DNA of 35,864 bases. Origin: Catajapyx aquilonaris. Taxonomy: Eukaryota. Under the pieces are notes generated by a model that did no database searches, had not been told where the DNA came from, and saw only the letters and a list, made by a program, of their open reading frames with translations. Below, piece after piece: positions 1 through 11,160 of this stretch (position 1 is its first letter; the number at the start of each line of letters is the position of its first letter). A program made the translations under genes and the position numbers. Location: the NCBI GenBank assembly GCA_000934665.2, contig KZ539031.1:1-35864 (forward strand), given 5' to 3'.

Positions 1-97
1 TCTTGTGCAGTATTTAGTATTTAGCATTTAATTACATTTTTTGCAGTAGTTAGTATTTAGTATTTAATTACATTCAAGTATTTAGTGCCCATCCCTG
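1..97. mobile_element. End of a probable hAT-like MITE (truncated by the window edge)
   Basis: Terminus reads CAGGGATGGGCAC on the minus strand, with repeated subterminal gtatttag/tttaattaca motifs. Confidence 0.5.
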
Positions 98-706
98 ACC
101 ATAAATAACCCAACCCACCCCCTACTATACCCCCCAAAACCTGCCCATCTCAGACTACGGACACCTGGTGGCAGGTACCCCGAGAACCATGTGCCAGCCA
201 GCAGGATCCTCTCCAGCCACTCCGACACCCTGGCCGCCCAGTCGACTTCACTCCCACCCTAAGTTAAGGCATGCAGGTCCTACTCTGCAGCATACCAAGC
301 ATTGGGGCCCTCCCCGCCCACCTGATCCCGTGGCCGCGTGGTGTGTGTAATTGTTCACGTGAATGCTCCTGTCATCTCCTGTGTACCTCCCTCCTCCTTC
401 ACCCCATTAATTAACCTACGCCATTTACACCTATCCAAACAAACAACCCTAGCCTCAGCCACGTCCATGGTCCTATTGACACATGAACGTCTCGGCTTAA
501 CACTAGCAACACCCTTAAGACACTGACCCACCTGGTCCACCCATGTCTTCGTAGGCCTCCCCTTGCCCCTCTTACCAACTACTCCACCCAAATAAACCTT
601 CTTCACAATCTCATCCTCCTTCATCCTCTCCACATGGCCAAAACACCTTAGAGTAGGCCTATACACCTTAACATTACACCTCTGCAAATTCTCCTCATTC
701 CTAATC
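98..706 (-). mobile_element. 5'-truncated RTE-clade LINE, 3' end
   Basis: ORF 355-687 has LRCFGHVERM..KKVY.G...GKRGKGRP.KTWVDQV...DR.KWR, the typical post-RT C-terminus of RTE/BovB-type ORFs, followed by a 3' UTR. Confidence 0.8.
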
Positions 707-3487
707 TTGAGTAATTATTGCAATAAAAGCATTTGTCATCCTTGGCCAGGAGAGACTCAGGAAAACATGTTCAGTTATTTCTGTTGCAAATCAAAGGAAG
801 GCAACTGCAATCCTACAGCTACTTTCCATTATCACCATGTGATAAATCCTTATCATGGATTGCAAGCTGATTTCAAAAATAATTTCATGATAAACGTAAG
901 CTTGCATGATGAAATTCTGTATCATATGCCACCATGATGTGTCATTGAAGTTCTGCTATGATCCAACACATTTTGGATTATGGTCCTGTGCCACTAAAAT
1001 GTCAATGACAAATTCTAACTGCGGGGCTTGAAGAATCTAATATTGTAGTTTCCACGCTGCTAGGGAAAAAAAGAAGGGGGAATGGGAAATAAACAAAAGA
1101 TGTAAGAAGTTATAGCATGAGTGTTATTATGTACATTTATATAGACAAGATGAGTTGTCTCCTCCAGTTGAAATGGAAGTTGGAAGTGAAACACCATTCA
1201 AGTCAAAAAAGCTGAGAAAATAACAGCTTGAAGTAATATGGTTCGTGCACTATTTCCGATTTTAAATGGTAGATTCAAACAGCAATATTACTATTTGTAC
1301 CTTTCAGTTCAGACTATTCTTGGGAGCCTATGCAGAGCTGGTTTCAGTGGTTCTGTGCTTAAAATTGGCACAAGCATATCGATCAACTTTTGATGAAAAC
1401 AACCTATACCAGCCTGCATGGTCATTCTATGAGAACACCATCACCAGGATTAGCTTTTTTTCATACACACACACTGGACAAATACACAACTGTAAAGTAT
1501 TGGCTGTCAAAGACAGATGCACTGAGACACCCAGCTTTGACAACCGAGCTCATATTTATATAATTTGCCAGCTGGTTATCCCAGCAGCAAATTCCATCAG
1601 TCTTAAGCCTACTGAACCCTACACAAGTGGCTCCTGCACAGCCCCACTCTTCACATGTGCGTGCCATCACTTGTTTCAATGCGCAAAAAATACTTGGCAG
1701 TCTTCCTCAATCAGTTGTGACGTCACAGGTTACCTGCACCCATAAGCCATGGAAGAGGTCTCCAAATTGTTTTGTTTTTTTGCCAAATTTAGGTAAGAAA
1801 ACACACTACAGTAGTCCTGATTTTATGGAAACATCTGCTCATGCCATATTCTCATTGTACAGTCTCACTGGTTCTTTCCTTGGGAGTGCCTACTTCCCAA
1901 CTTTAGGCAACATTGCTATTACATGTTACACTTAACACAACATAGAACGCTGGCAATGAATTCAAGAGAAACTGGTATGGAAGAGTCAAATAACAGATGC
2001 AACATGTTTTCATCTTAAAACCACAAGCATGAATGAATGAATGCATAAATATATCGGGACAAGAATAAGGAGAAGAAAATACGACCAAAAGTTCTCATAA
2101 ATTAACGTCATGTGCGTCGTTAATTTAAAGTGTCAACATATTGGTGACTACTTTGAAACCACAGATAATTGAGCAACTGTACTAGACCAGCAAAAGAGAG
2201 GAAAACCTAAAAATGATTCCAACACTGCATTTGTGTATGTCGGATGCAGCAGGTCTGGTTGGAAATTGTTTAAATAGTACTTATGAGTAGTGATCCCTCT
2301 TGCCATACAACCAGCCTTAACATCTAGCACAAAAGGGATTGTTTTTGCAGAACACACCATTGATAAGAGACAAGAGAGCTTTGAAACTGGTCAAAAAAAT
2401 ACTTTCATCATAGGCGAGCCTAGTGGCACTATCCCTGAGGAACGGAAGAGTACGAAAATATGCTTTTACTTGGGTTGTAAGAGGAAGGGAGGGGATAGTT
2501 AAAGAAGCACAAAAACAAATTGGAACATTACTTGTACAGCACTATGGGATTTTGGCAACACTTATTGACTTCGGAAGCAGAGACTGAGGCCTCATATTTG
2601 GCTTTGTAAGCAAAAAGGAAATATCTATTTGACAAAATCCTACCAGAACACGTTTTCTTTTTCTTTTTTTCCAGAAAACTGATGTTACACAAATTCTACG
2701 TGGACTTCACTGGCTTTGTCATGCGCTCTAAAACTTTTGTGCAGTACTTCTGCAAAATTAACAAGAATAGTTACAAAGTGACTGAGAGTCCTGCTCTTTA
2801 GGACTGGTGCATCAAGGTCCGATGCAGTAAGAATAAAATATTTAACAGATGATTTATTGCTGACTAATTGTTGCCAATAATGAATAAAATCCATTAAATC
2901 TAAGAGTTTTAACGCATCCGTCCTGGTTCTACCAGCTTTTCCTCATTTTTGCTACAAGGTTTTATTTTCTCCATGTCCAAGTTGCCAGAGGGCACACTTG
3001 ACTTCCCAACAGTTATGCAGTCCTAACTTGCTTTCCCAAGAGGTCCCTTGAATAAATGCAAGATGCTCCCAAAGGATTCTGCTGCATTTGGGGTGTGTTA
3101 GCAGTGGAAAAAAAAAGTATGCAAAAAAATGCCTTGTCGTCTTTGCCAAAAGCACACAGCAACTACGTATTGTTAAAATATACCTGAATCATTCTTCTCA
3201 TCTAATTACGCAAAGTCATATACAGTAATTATCACTCACGAGTTTTTTCTCCCTAACTGAGACGTTACTTTGTGTAATGACTAGATACAGGACTTGATTG
3301 GAAAATACTGCCTCTATGACCCCGCCTTCACTTTGAGAAAATAACTTAACAACATTGTGTCTCCATTTACACAATTTCTACACATGGCCACACACAACAA
3401 CAACAAACAAACAAACAACAACAACAATGAAGTTATGTACAAAAGACATTTTGCGCATTTCTGCTTCCTTTACCCGCCCCGAGAAGG

Positions 3488-3713
3488 TCATATCCTCTTA
3501 GTGGCAAACTCATGCAGGATGTCTCTGGCCATTTCGATGTCATTCCTAGTGATTCCCAGCGCCCTAATGACCGACTCCTGTGTGTATCCCTCTCCAGTCA
3601 GCTGGGCAATGTAGTCCATGTTGAGATTTTCATAAGAAACTGTCTCACTCATTTTCCCCACTGGCTGCAGGCTGATGTGGTTCAGTTTCGGTGACCTGGA
3701 TCTCGACTTCCTG
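3488..3713 (-). CDS. Cbl: Cbl terminal exon with UBA domain (SYENLNMDYIAQLTGEGYTQESVIRALGITRNDIEMARDILHEF)
   Basis: Matches the Cbl UBA pattern I..L..EGY......AL.I..N.IEMA..IL.EF; tandem acceptor tgcagcag; stop TGA at 3488-3490. Confidence 0.93.
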
Positions 3714-3893
3714 CTGCATAAAGTGAATGAAGAAGGTGTATTAAAAACCACATCAGGTTTGTTTCATAAGGTCAGCTAAGTGAGGGTTGTGAATTAAAGA
3801 GAGGAAAAAAGATATGCTGCAACAGGAGCAAACCAACTCACTCATTAGCTACTGAATTTTTTTAGTGCTTAGTATGAGCTGGGAAGGACTCAC

Positions 3894-4050
3894 TTGGAGG
3901 GAATTGGTTTCACCTGCCTGGGGTCTGACCGGACGTACTTTCTTTCAATGCTCCCACTGCGTGAAGTGCAGGCGGTGATGGGAATAGGGGGTGGGGGCGC
4001 ACTGGGCATCTCCAAGTCCGGTGAAAGTTTCTTTACATCGATTAGTGCAC
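3894..4050 (-). CDS. Cbl: Cbl long-isoform penultimate exon (ALIDVKKLSPDLEMPSAPPPPIP...KPIPS)
   Basis: Long polypyrimidine acceptor ending ccttgcag (phase 1), donor AA|GTGAGT (phase 2). Confidence 0.88.
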
Positions 4051-4362
4051 CTGCAAGGTGAGGTGGGGGAAAGGAAGGAAGTGAATGTGTCACATATAAA
4101 AGTAGAATATTTAGACAATTAATTGAAGGTTCCACTTGTAACAAACTAATCAAATCCCAAGTGATGAGTACACAGGATTTAGCACCGAACATAGATGATT
4201 TGATCGATGTTAATAAAGTCAACATTAGTATTTTAAAAATTCTAGTTGATCATGTGAATAATGTAATTCCAAAACAGTGCTTCGCAATTACATACCAGTA
4301 AATGAATTTTTCCCCTCTTAAATTATTGTTCCATGAGGATCATAACTCTTGGAGTTTTCTAA

Positions 4363-5300
4363 CAAGGGAAGGTCATGGGGGTGATAATGACGGATCTTGA
4401 TGAAACTTAACATGCCAATACAGGACAATATATGATAGCCAAAAATGAAATATTTCAGGCTGACGTCCATATTTGCAAAGGTTATGACGTCTTAAAGTGC
4501 CAAAAAAATACATTTTCATACACAATGGGATTACATTAGCGACCACATATAATGACATTGAAGTGTGTAATCAGTTTCTAGACGTTTTCTCGTTTTCTCA
4601 TCGGAAAACAAGTCCTACAGAACGGCTCTGGCCTTCCGTCCATCTGTGGACAGGTATCAAGGCCTAAACCATAAGCGATAGTGACAAACGGTTTTCATAT
4701 TTGGATTGGGCGTGACCAAAATATGTTTCATGGTCAACTTCCGGTGACTCGCCACTTCCGGTTTTCCGGGTTAACTCTATCCGCACAAGTCTACTTTATG
4801 GGCGGGTTATCGTTGCATTTGGAAGCTAGTTTCCATGTATTCCTGACCGTGCTTTTCGAAATCCAACGATAACCCGCCCGTAGACTTGTGCGGATAGAGT
4901 GAACCCGGAAAACCAGAATTCGCGGGTCACCGGATTGACCATGAAACCTATTTTGGTCACGCTCAATACGAATATGAAAACAGTTTGTCGCCATCTCTTA
5001 CGGTTTAGGCCTTGATACCTGTCCACAGACAGACGGACGGCCAGAGCCGTTCTGTAGGACTTGTTGTCCAATGAGAAAAAGTCTAGAAACTGATTACACA
5101 CTTCAATGTCATTATGTGTGGTCGCCAATGTAATCCCATTGTGTATGAAAATGTAATTTTTTGGCACTTTAAGATGTCATAACTTTTGCTAATATGGACG
5201 TCAGCCCAAAATATTTCATTTTTGGTTATCATATCTTGTCCTGTATTGGCATGTTAAGTTTCATCAAGATCCGTCATTATCACCCTGTGACCTTCCCTTG
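4363..5300. mobile_element. Near-fully palindromic MITE, family A copy 1 (TAA TSD, PIF/Harbinger-like target)
   Basis: C-TAA-CAAGGGAAGGTCA...TGACCTTCCCTTG-TAA-G; inverted arms of about 450 bp (4363-~4820 vs ~4857-5300). Confidence 0.9.
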
Positions 5301-5947
5301 TAAGATTAAATCTTTGGCAAGAGGGAAATACTTGAAGTTACTGTGCCTATTTCTGCATAAAAGCTTGTTAGGGACGTACTTTTAAATGCTACAGGAAGAT
5401 ATTCAAGCTTAAAGGCAGTGCTCACCACGGCGTTACCTTAATGTCACTCACTCCCGAACTCAAAAGCAATGACTTTGGGCAATATGGCCATTGTAATGAA
5501 TTCTATGCTACGCATGTGACACAAGGAACCTCGGAAATTATAATGTGAAAGACACGACAACTCCACATCTTCATGGGTTTTAATGGCTGTATGTTATCAC
5601 TTTTGGGTAGTGGGTGGCATTAAGATAAGGAAATACATCAAATCTCCCTTTTTAGCTAGCATGAAGCATATGTACAGAGATAGAAAACTGTAGAGTGCAC
5701 TATTTTCTTCTCTTAAGAACAAAAATGGATTTGAATAAAACTATCACAAACTTTACTCGAGTTTAAATTTTAGCATGTCATGTGAGCACCTTTACTCAAC
5801 TTGGCAACTTAGCTTTGAATCTTGACATATTTACACAAATCTTCAGACAATATGACATCAGTGATTTGTTACAAGCACATCCTTCAACATCCTGTCTGGT
5901 GCCTCTAAGGCAGCAACCCCTTGGACCATCCTAGCGGCAAAACCAAC

Positions 5948-6447
5948 CTGCACTAAACCTGGTGTTTTCATAGCTGTGCTCCTCTCTGACATCTGCCAAC
6001 TCGGCATAATGTAGGCCTCCACTGTGCCTTCTATGTGGGGGTGGAATGGGCGATCTTGACCTATGATGCACATGGTCTAAAGAAGGTGCAGGTGACACAG
6101 GCCGGTGGTGATGTGCAGGTGACGTGGCAGCCAAGTGGTACGGCTTGGGGCTGTGAAGCATAGCCGAAGATGGGAGAGAGACCGACGGGGATGAGGTGGA
6201 TGAAGAGGATGCAGAAGGAGTTAGGGAAGATGTACTTGGGCTAGGGGGGCTGAGAGAAGACCCCCCACCACCTCCTCCCAGAGTAGGACAAGACTGCTGC
6301 CTCCTCTGGCTGGAATGGAGAGATGGGCGACGTCTTGGTGTGTCATATATGGTCTCAGGAAGCAGCGTTTTGTACACTGTAACTGTGCATGGTGCAGGGG
6401 GAGGCGGGGGTGGAGGGTCCTCTTCCGGTAGTGTCTGGCTGTTTGGG
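5948..6447 (-). CDS. Cbl: Cbl long-isoform exon: Pro/Ser/His-rich region with tyrosine motifs YDTP, YAEL, YENT
   Basis: Acceptor ctttctctctgcag (phase 2), donor CAG|GTTGGT (phase 1), 500 nt open frame. Confidence 0.88.
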
Positions 6448-6600
6448 CTGCAGAGAGAAAGTGCAAACTCGTAAGTTGCTGAATTACAGCATAATGCCAA
6501 TGATAAAATACTGCCTAATTTTGATAACGTGAACCTTCATGCATCCACGTTAAAGCAGAGGAAGGTTGTGTCCTGTTCTAAAATTACCATTCACACTTAC

Positions 6601-6654
6601 TCCTTGCAGGTGACAAGCATTACGTGTCCAGTGTCTGAATTGAATTTGGCTCCC
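6601..6654 (-). CDS. Cbl: Candidate 54-nt symmetric exon (GAKFNSDTGHVMLVTCK)
   Basis: Acceptor attttcatatag, consensus donor GA|GTAAGT, phase 2-2, open in frame; 153-nt intron to the next exon. Confidence 0.65.
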
Positions 6655-6675
6655 CTATATGAAAATATATCCTAA

Positions 6676-7641
6676 CAAAGGACATTTCCTGGGTGATAGT
6701 GACGTATCTTGATGAAACTTAACATGCTAAAATACAGGACAACATAATATGATAACCAAAAATGAAATATTTCGGGCGGAGGCCCATATTTGCAAAAGTG
6801 ATAACGTCCGAAAGTGCCAAAAATAATACATTTTCATACAAAATTACATTAGCGACCACATATAATGACATTGAAGTGTATAATCAGTTTCTAGACTTTT
6901 TCTCATCTGACAAAAAGGCCTATAGAACGGCTCTGTCCGTTCATCCATCTGTCCATCTGTGGACAGCAGGTATCAAGGCCTAAACTGCAAGAGATAGCGA
7001 CAAACGGTGTTCATATTCGGATTAAGCATGACCAAAATGGGTTTCATGGTCAGCTTTTGGTGATCCGCCACTTCCGGTTTTCCGGGTTCACTCTATCCGC
7101 ACAGGTTATCGTTGGATTTTGAAGTTAGTTTCCGTGGATTCCTAACCGTGTTTTTCGGGGATTTACTCCGGGTTTTACCAGGAACTCTGGCACAGGGACT
7201 GCGGAGATCAGTCTTCGGCATGCAAAACCGGAGTTCAGCTGTCCTCATGTCTGGCAGAGGTCTGTGAAGATAGCACCAACACTTTGAGCTCAAAAATCAG
7301 AAGGGACAAAAATCAGAAGAATATGAAAACCGTTTGTCGTTATCTCTTTCAGTTTAGGCCTTGATACCTGTCCACCGATGGACAGAGGCGTTCTATAGGA
7401 CTTTTTTTAGATGAGAAAAAGTCTAGAAACTGATTACTCACTTCAACGTCATTATATGTGGATGCTAATGTAATCCCATTGTGTATGAAAATGTATTATT
7501 TTTGGCACTTTAAGACGTCATAACTTTTGCAAATGTGGGCCTCAGCCCGAAATATTTCATTTTTGGTTATCATATATTGTCCTGTATTAGCATGTTAAGT
7601 TTCATCAAGATCCGTCATTATCACCCGGGAAATGTCCCTTG
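6676..7641. mobile_element. Long-arm MITE, family A copy 2 (TAA TSD)
   Basis: C-TAA-CAAAGGACATTTCC...GGAAATGTCCCTTG-TAA-G; arms closely similar to those of 4363-5300. Confidence 0.9.
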
Positions 7642-8013
7642 TAAGTATAAGTTCTCCTGTAGCCTAATTGCAAATATCCCACCATCATATTCTTATTTGA
7701 GAGGGGAATATTGGGATATAAGTTTAGGTTGGAGGACTTCTGTGCCAGCAATTCTTCCTTCTGATTACTTTGTAGCATTCTCTACACCATGTTACCTAGT
7801 CACTGGATACCTAAATATTAGCCTTGGATTAGGTTAATTCTTATAAATGGAGCAGTGTTGGATTTGGGGAAAATTGAAAGGGCTGTTAACAAAGAGAAAA
7901 AAAACTACAGACCATCTTTCTCTAAAGGACGACAGTATTATATGAGAACCAAAGACATATGCTGTGCACTTGAGAGAGGGTAACTGAGAAATAATCATAC
8001 GCAAGACAATTAC

Positions 8014-8067
8014 AACGCTGCCTCTTTCTGACCCTCATATACCATTTCAGTTGTCATGGTGGGTGAT
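8014..8067 (-). CDS. Cbl: Candidate 54-nt symmetric cassette exon (SPTMTTEMVYEGQKEAA)
   Basis: Acceptor cacccattccag, donor TT|GTAATT (weak), phase 2-2, open in the Cbl frame. Confidence 0.4.
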
Positions 8068-8572
8068 CTGGAATGGGTGATATTCAGTGAAAGTGATGGA
8101 CAAGAGCTGATTTTTAAATAAGTTGGACAATTTGCAGAATATTCACATTGCAATGCAGTATAACAATTTACACGTAACTCCTGGCATTTCCTTAAAAATA
8201 CAATTACCGGGCATAATGGTAACGAAATTTTCAACAAGGATTGCTTTGTTACAAAATCTCATGTTATCATAAGATATTCATTTAACATGTCTCTGAATTG
8301 TTACCATACTCAAAATAAATGACACTGCAGTAGGCCTATTTTTCCCACCCCTTGATAGCTGGGCAATATTCCAATGAGAAATCTAGCCGAGAGCTGACTC
8401 AACAATTAATCTTGATAAAACTGAACTTCCAAAATTAGGAACCCATCACCTTCAAAATAGATTTTCTTGACACACATCTTTGACCATAAAGAGGCAGCTC
8501 TTCTACGAACTTTTCACACTAAAAGGACACAAGCTGGTCCATCAACAACTGTGTGTGTGAGACTTCCTACTA

Positions 8573-8732
8573 CAGTAAAATCTGTGTTGAGCAAAATCCC
8601 TGTTCCACAAAAATTTCCCTACTGAACAACAGGTTTCGATTATGTATGCTGAAAATCCTCCTCTAGAGCAACAAAAATTCCATAATGGACAGGTTTCTAC
8701 TGAATCGAGATTCAGTTACACATGTTTCACTG
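8573..8732. mobile_element. Degenerate pogo/Tigger-like MITE
   Basis: TA-CAGTAAAATCTGTG...CACATGTTTCACTG termini; diverged. Confidence 0.4.
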
Positions 8733-9023
8733 CAGTAAAAAAGGAAAATTGCACTACTCTATGAGCAACTGATATCATTGGGTTCTAGAGATAAAATCCT
8801 GTGGTGCCATATTGATAGCTTATATGCAATTAAGTTTTTAAAACTTCTTACACTAACTAGATTTTCTTCCAAGAAGAAAAAAAAATTGAATGAATCAAGT
8901 TCAACCCCATTTTCAGTCAGTGGTCATTTGTCAGATCTCTATAATCCTGCAAATCATTCTACACCCTTTTCTACAAAATATGACCTTCCTCCCACTATCT
9001 GAGCACCGTCTAACAATCATTAA

Positions 9024-9344
9024 CCCCTTTGGCCTCAGTTGCCTACATACATAGGCAATAAGAACTCGATCGCAGAGTTGTACCAGCTATATTGCCATCG
9101 CCTGTACAAGTAGGCAGATACATGTAGGCAATGGCAATGTAGCTTAACACAGTTCACACAGGCTGAAAAAAACATGCTGGGATATTCCTGTCAGCAACAC
9201 TTCACCATCTGGGATATACAGACACTACCGCAGGCCAAAAAATAATCTCCCATGTGAATGAGGTGTCAGGTTATAATATTAACTATTATCTACATAGCTG
9301 GTATGCAGAGGTCGCTGGGGAAAAGAGCCCTGAGGCCAAAGGGA
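9024..9344. mobile_element. piggyBac-like MITE (TTAA TSD)
   Basis: TTAA-CCCCTTTGGCCTCAG...CTGAGGCCAAAGGGA-TTAA. Confidence 0.8.
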
Positions 9345-9548
9345 TTAATATTTGTGAGTTCACATTTATTCTTTGTTTATAACCTGATATTTGTTTTGCT
9401 CCTTCAGCAAGGCATTTGCAAGCACTTAATAGCAGTTAAAAACAAAGTATAATCTAATAATAATTGTCCAGGGAAGGAGGAAACAGTGAACATTACCCAA
9501 TTTTATACTGGCTGGCTGACTGCTATATAAAGGGTAATGAGGTAGATA

Positions 9549-10487
9549 CAGGGGTTGGACAAAATAACGGGGGGCCCTGCAAAAAAACGGGTGAATTGTT
9601 TCCTCCATTGTACTTGAAAAAACTGGAAAAGTTACGGAGATGACTTTTACTGATTTTTGAAGCTTACAGACATGAAGATGACACACAAATCACAAGAGGA
9701 GGGGGAGAAACAAAAGACTGACGGCACCCCCCCCCCCCCCNCCCCCCCAGACCCCCTTTTTGACCCGAGTGTCCCACCCCTTTCATTTGAAAATGAAAAT
9801 AGTCACAGATATGAACTTTACTGGATTTTGAAGCTCTAACAATGTCACTTTGTCTGGTCTAGAGATGGACCAAAATTACCGACAGGGGGCTGGGGAAAAA
9901 AAAGAAACGACACCCCCCTTCCCATGCACTAAATCTGAGAAGAGGTAGAACAAAATAATGTACGTAAGTTTGGGTCGAATTTTCATCCCACTGCTAGTTA
10001 CTACCAACTTAGTAGAACCATATTTGGCACTGGTACTGCTAAGTTAGCATTAACTAGCAGTGGGACGAAAATTTTCCATCGTTTGCAATCAAGCAGTGCC
10101 GTGGAAGGGGGTGTGAGGTTTCTATTTCCCCCCCGCTCCCTGTGGGTAATTTTGGTCCATCTCTACACTAAACAAAGTGACATTGATAGAGCTTCAAAAT
10201 CCAGTAAAGTTCATATCTGTAACTATTTTCATTTTCAAATGAAAAGGGTGGGACACTCGGGTCAAAAATGGGGTCTGGGGGGGNTCTGGGGGGGGGGGGT
10301 GTCGTTAGTCTTTTGTTTCTCCCCCTCCTCTTGTGATTTGTGTCATCTTCATGTCTGTAAATGTACATCAACAGAGCTTCAAAAATCAGTAAATGCCATC
10401 TTTGTAACTTTTCCAGTTTTCAAGTACAATGGAGGAGAAAATTCACCCGCTTTTTGCAGGGGGCACCATTATTTTGTCCAACCCCTG
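9549..10487. mobile_element. Tc1/mariner-type long-TIR MITE (TA TSD)
   Basis: TA-CAGGGGTTGGACAAAATAA...TTATTTTGTCCAACCCCTG-TA; arms of about 380 bp plus an internal hairpin at about 9979-10073. Confidence 0.9.
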
Positions 10488-11160
10488 TACTAGAAGATGA
10501 ATCAGCCAGACCCTTTATACCAAACAGTCATGTTTGTGAGTCATTCCAAATGGTCATCACAGTTATACCATTTTAATTTAGACATAGTTGGCATTAGGCC
10601 ATTGGCAGTCTGACTAAATACTTTGCATGAAAGGTTGGATTTTTGAAATCATGTGCTACCAGCTGCAGTATGAGTTGGCAGACAGGTATTGAATCTAATA
10701 AAAAAGGCCCAAGTAAGTCTCAGGCTCATCTACCATATTTCTCCTATTTTTATTGTCAACTTCACTAAATATTCTTTTCTACCACCATCACTGAAGCATT
10801 TTCACTTGATCAACCCCAAAATCCCCATAAACCCAAAACTCTGGCACTCCCATCATCTGTAAACCCTGCTATCTGGCTTTCAATGCAAATGCTGGCTTAG
10901 TGCAGTGAGTGTGGGTGTGTGTATGTGTGTAAATGCTTTAACTATATTCACAGGAACATAAAACACCACAAGAGATAAGATAAACAAATGTGTTTTGAGA
11001 CTAAGTTTCCTCTATCCCCAGAGGATGATCTATTCTATGCCGTTTCATTTACATACCTACTCTAAGAAAAAGTGAAAAGTGAGAGGTACTACTGTCTCAA
11101 GAAGGGTATGGGCATCCTGCAACAGGCTCCTTTCTTTGACCCTAGAATGCACTGCACAAA

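Noticed and set aside
1266..1745. 159-aa plus-strand ORF
   Set aside because: No recognisable domain or supporting exon structure; lies antisense in the presumed 3' UTR.
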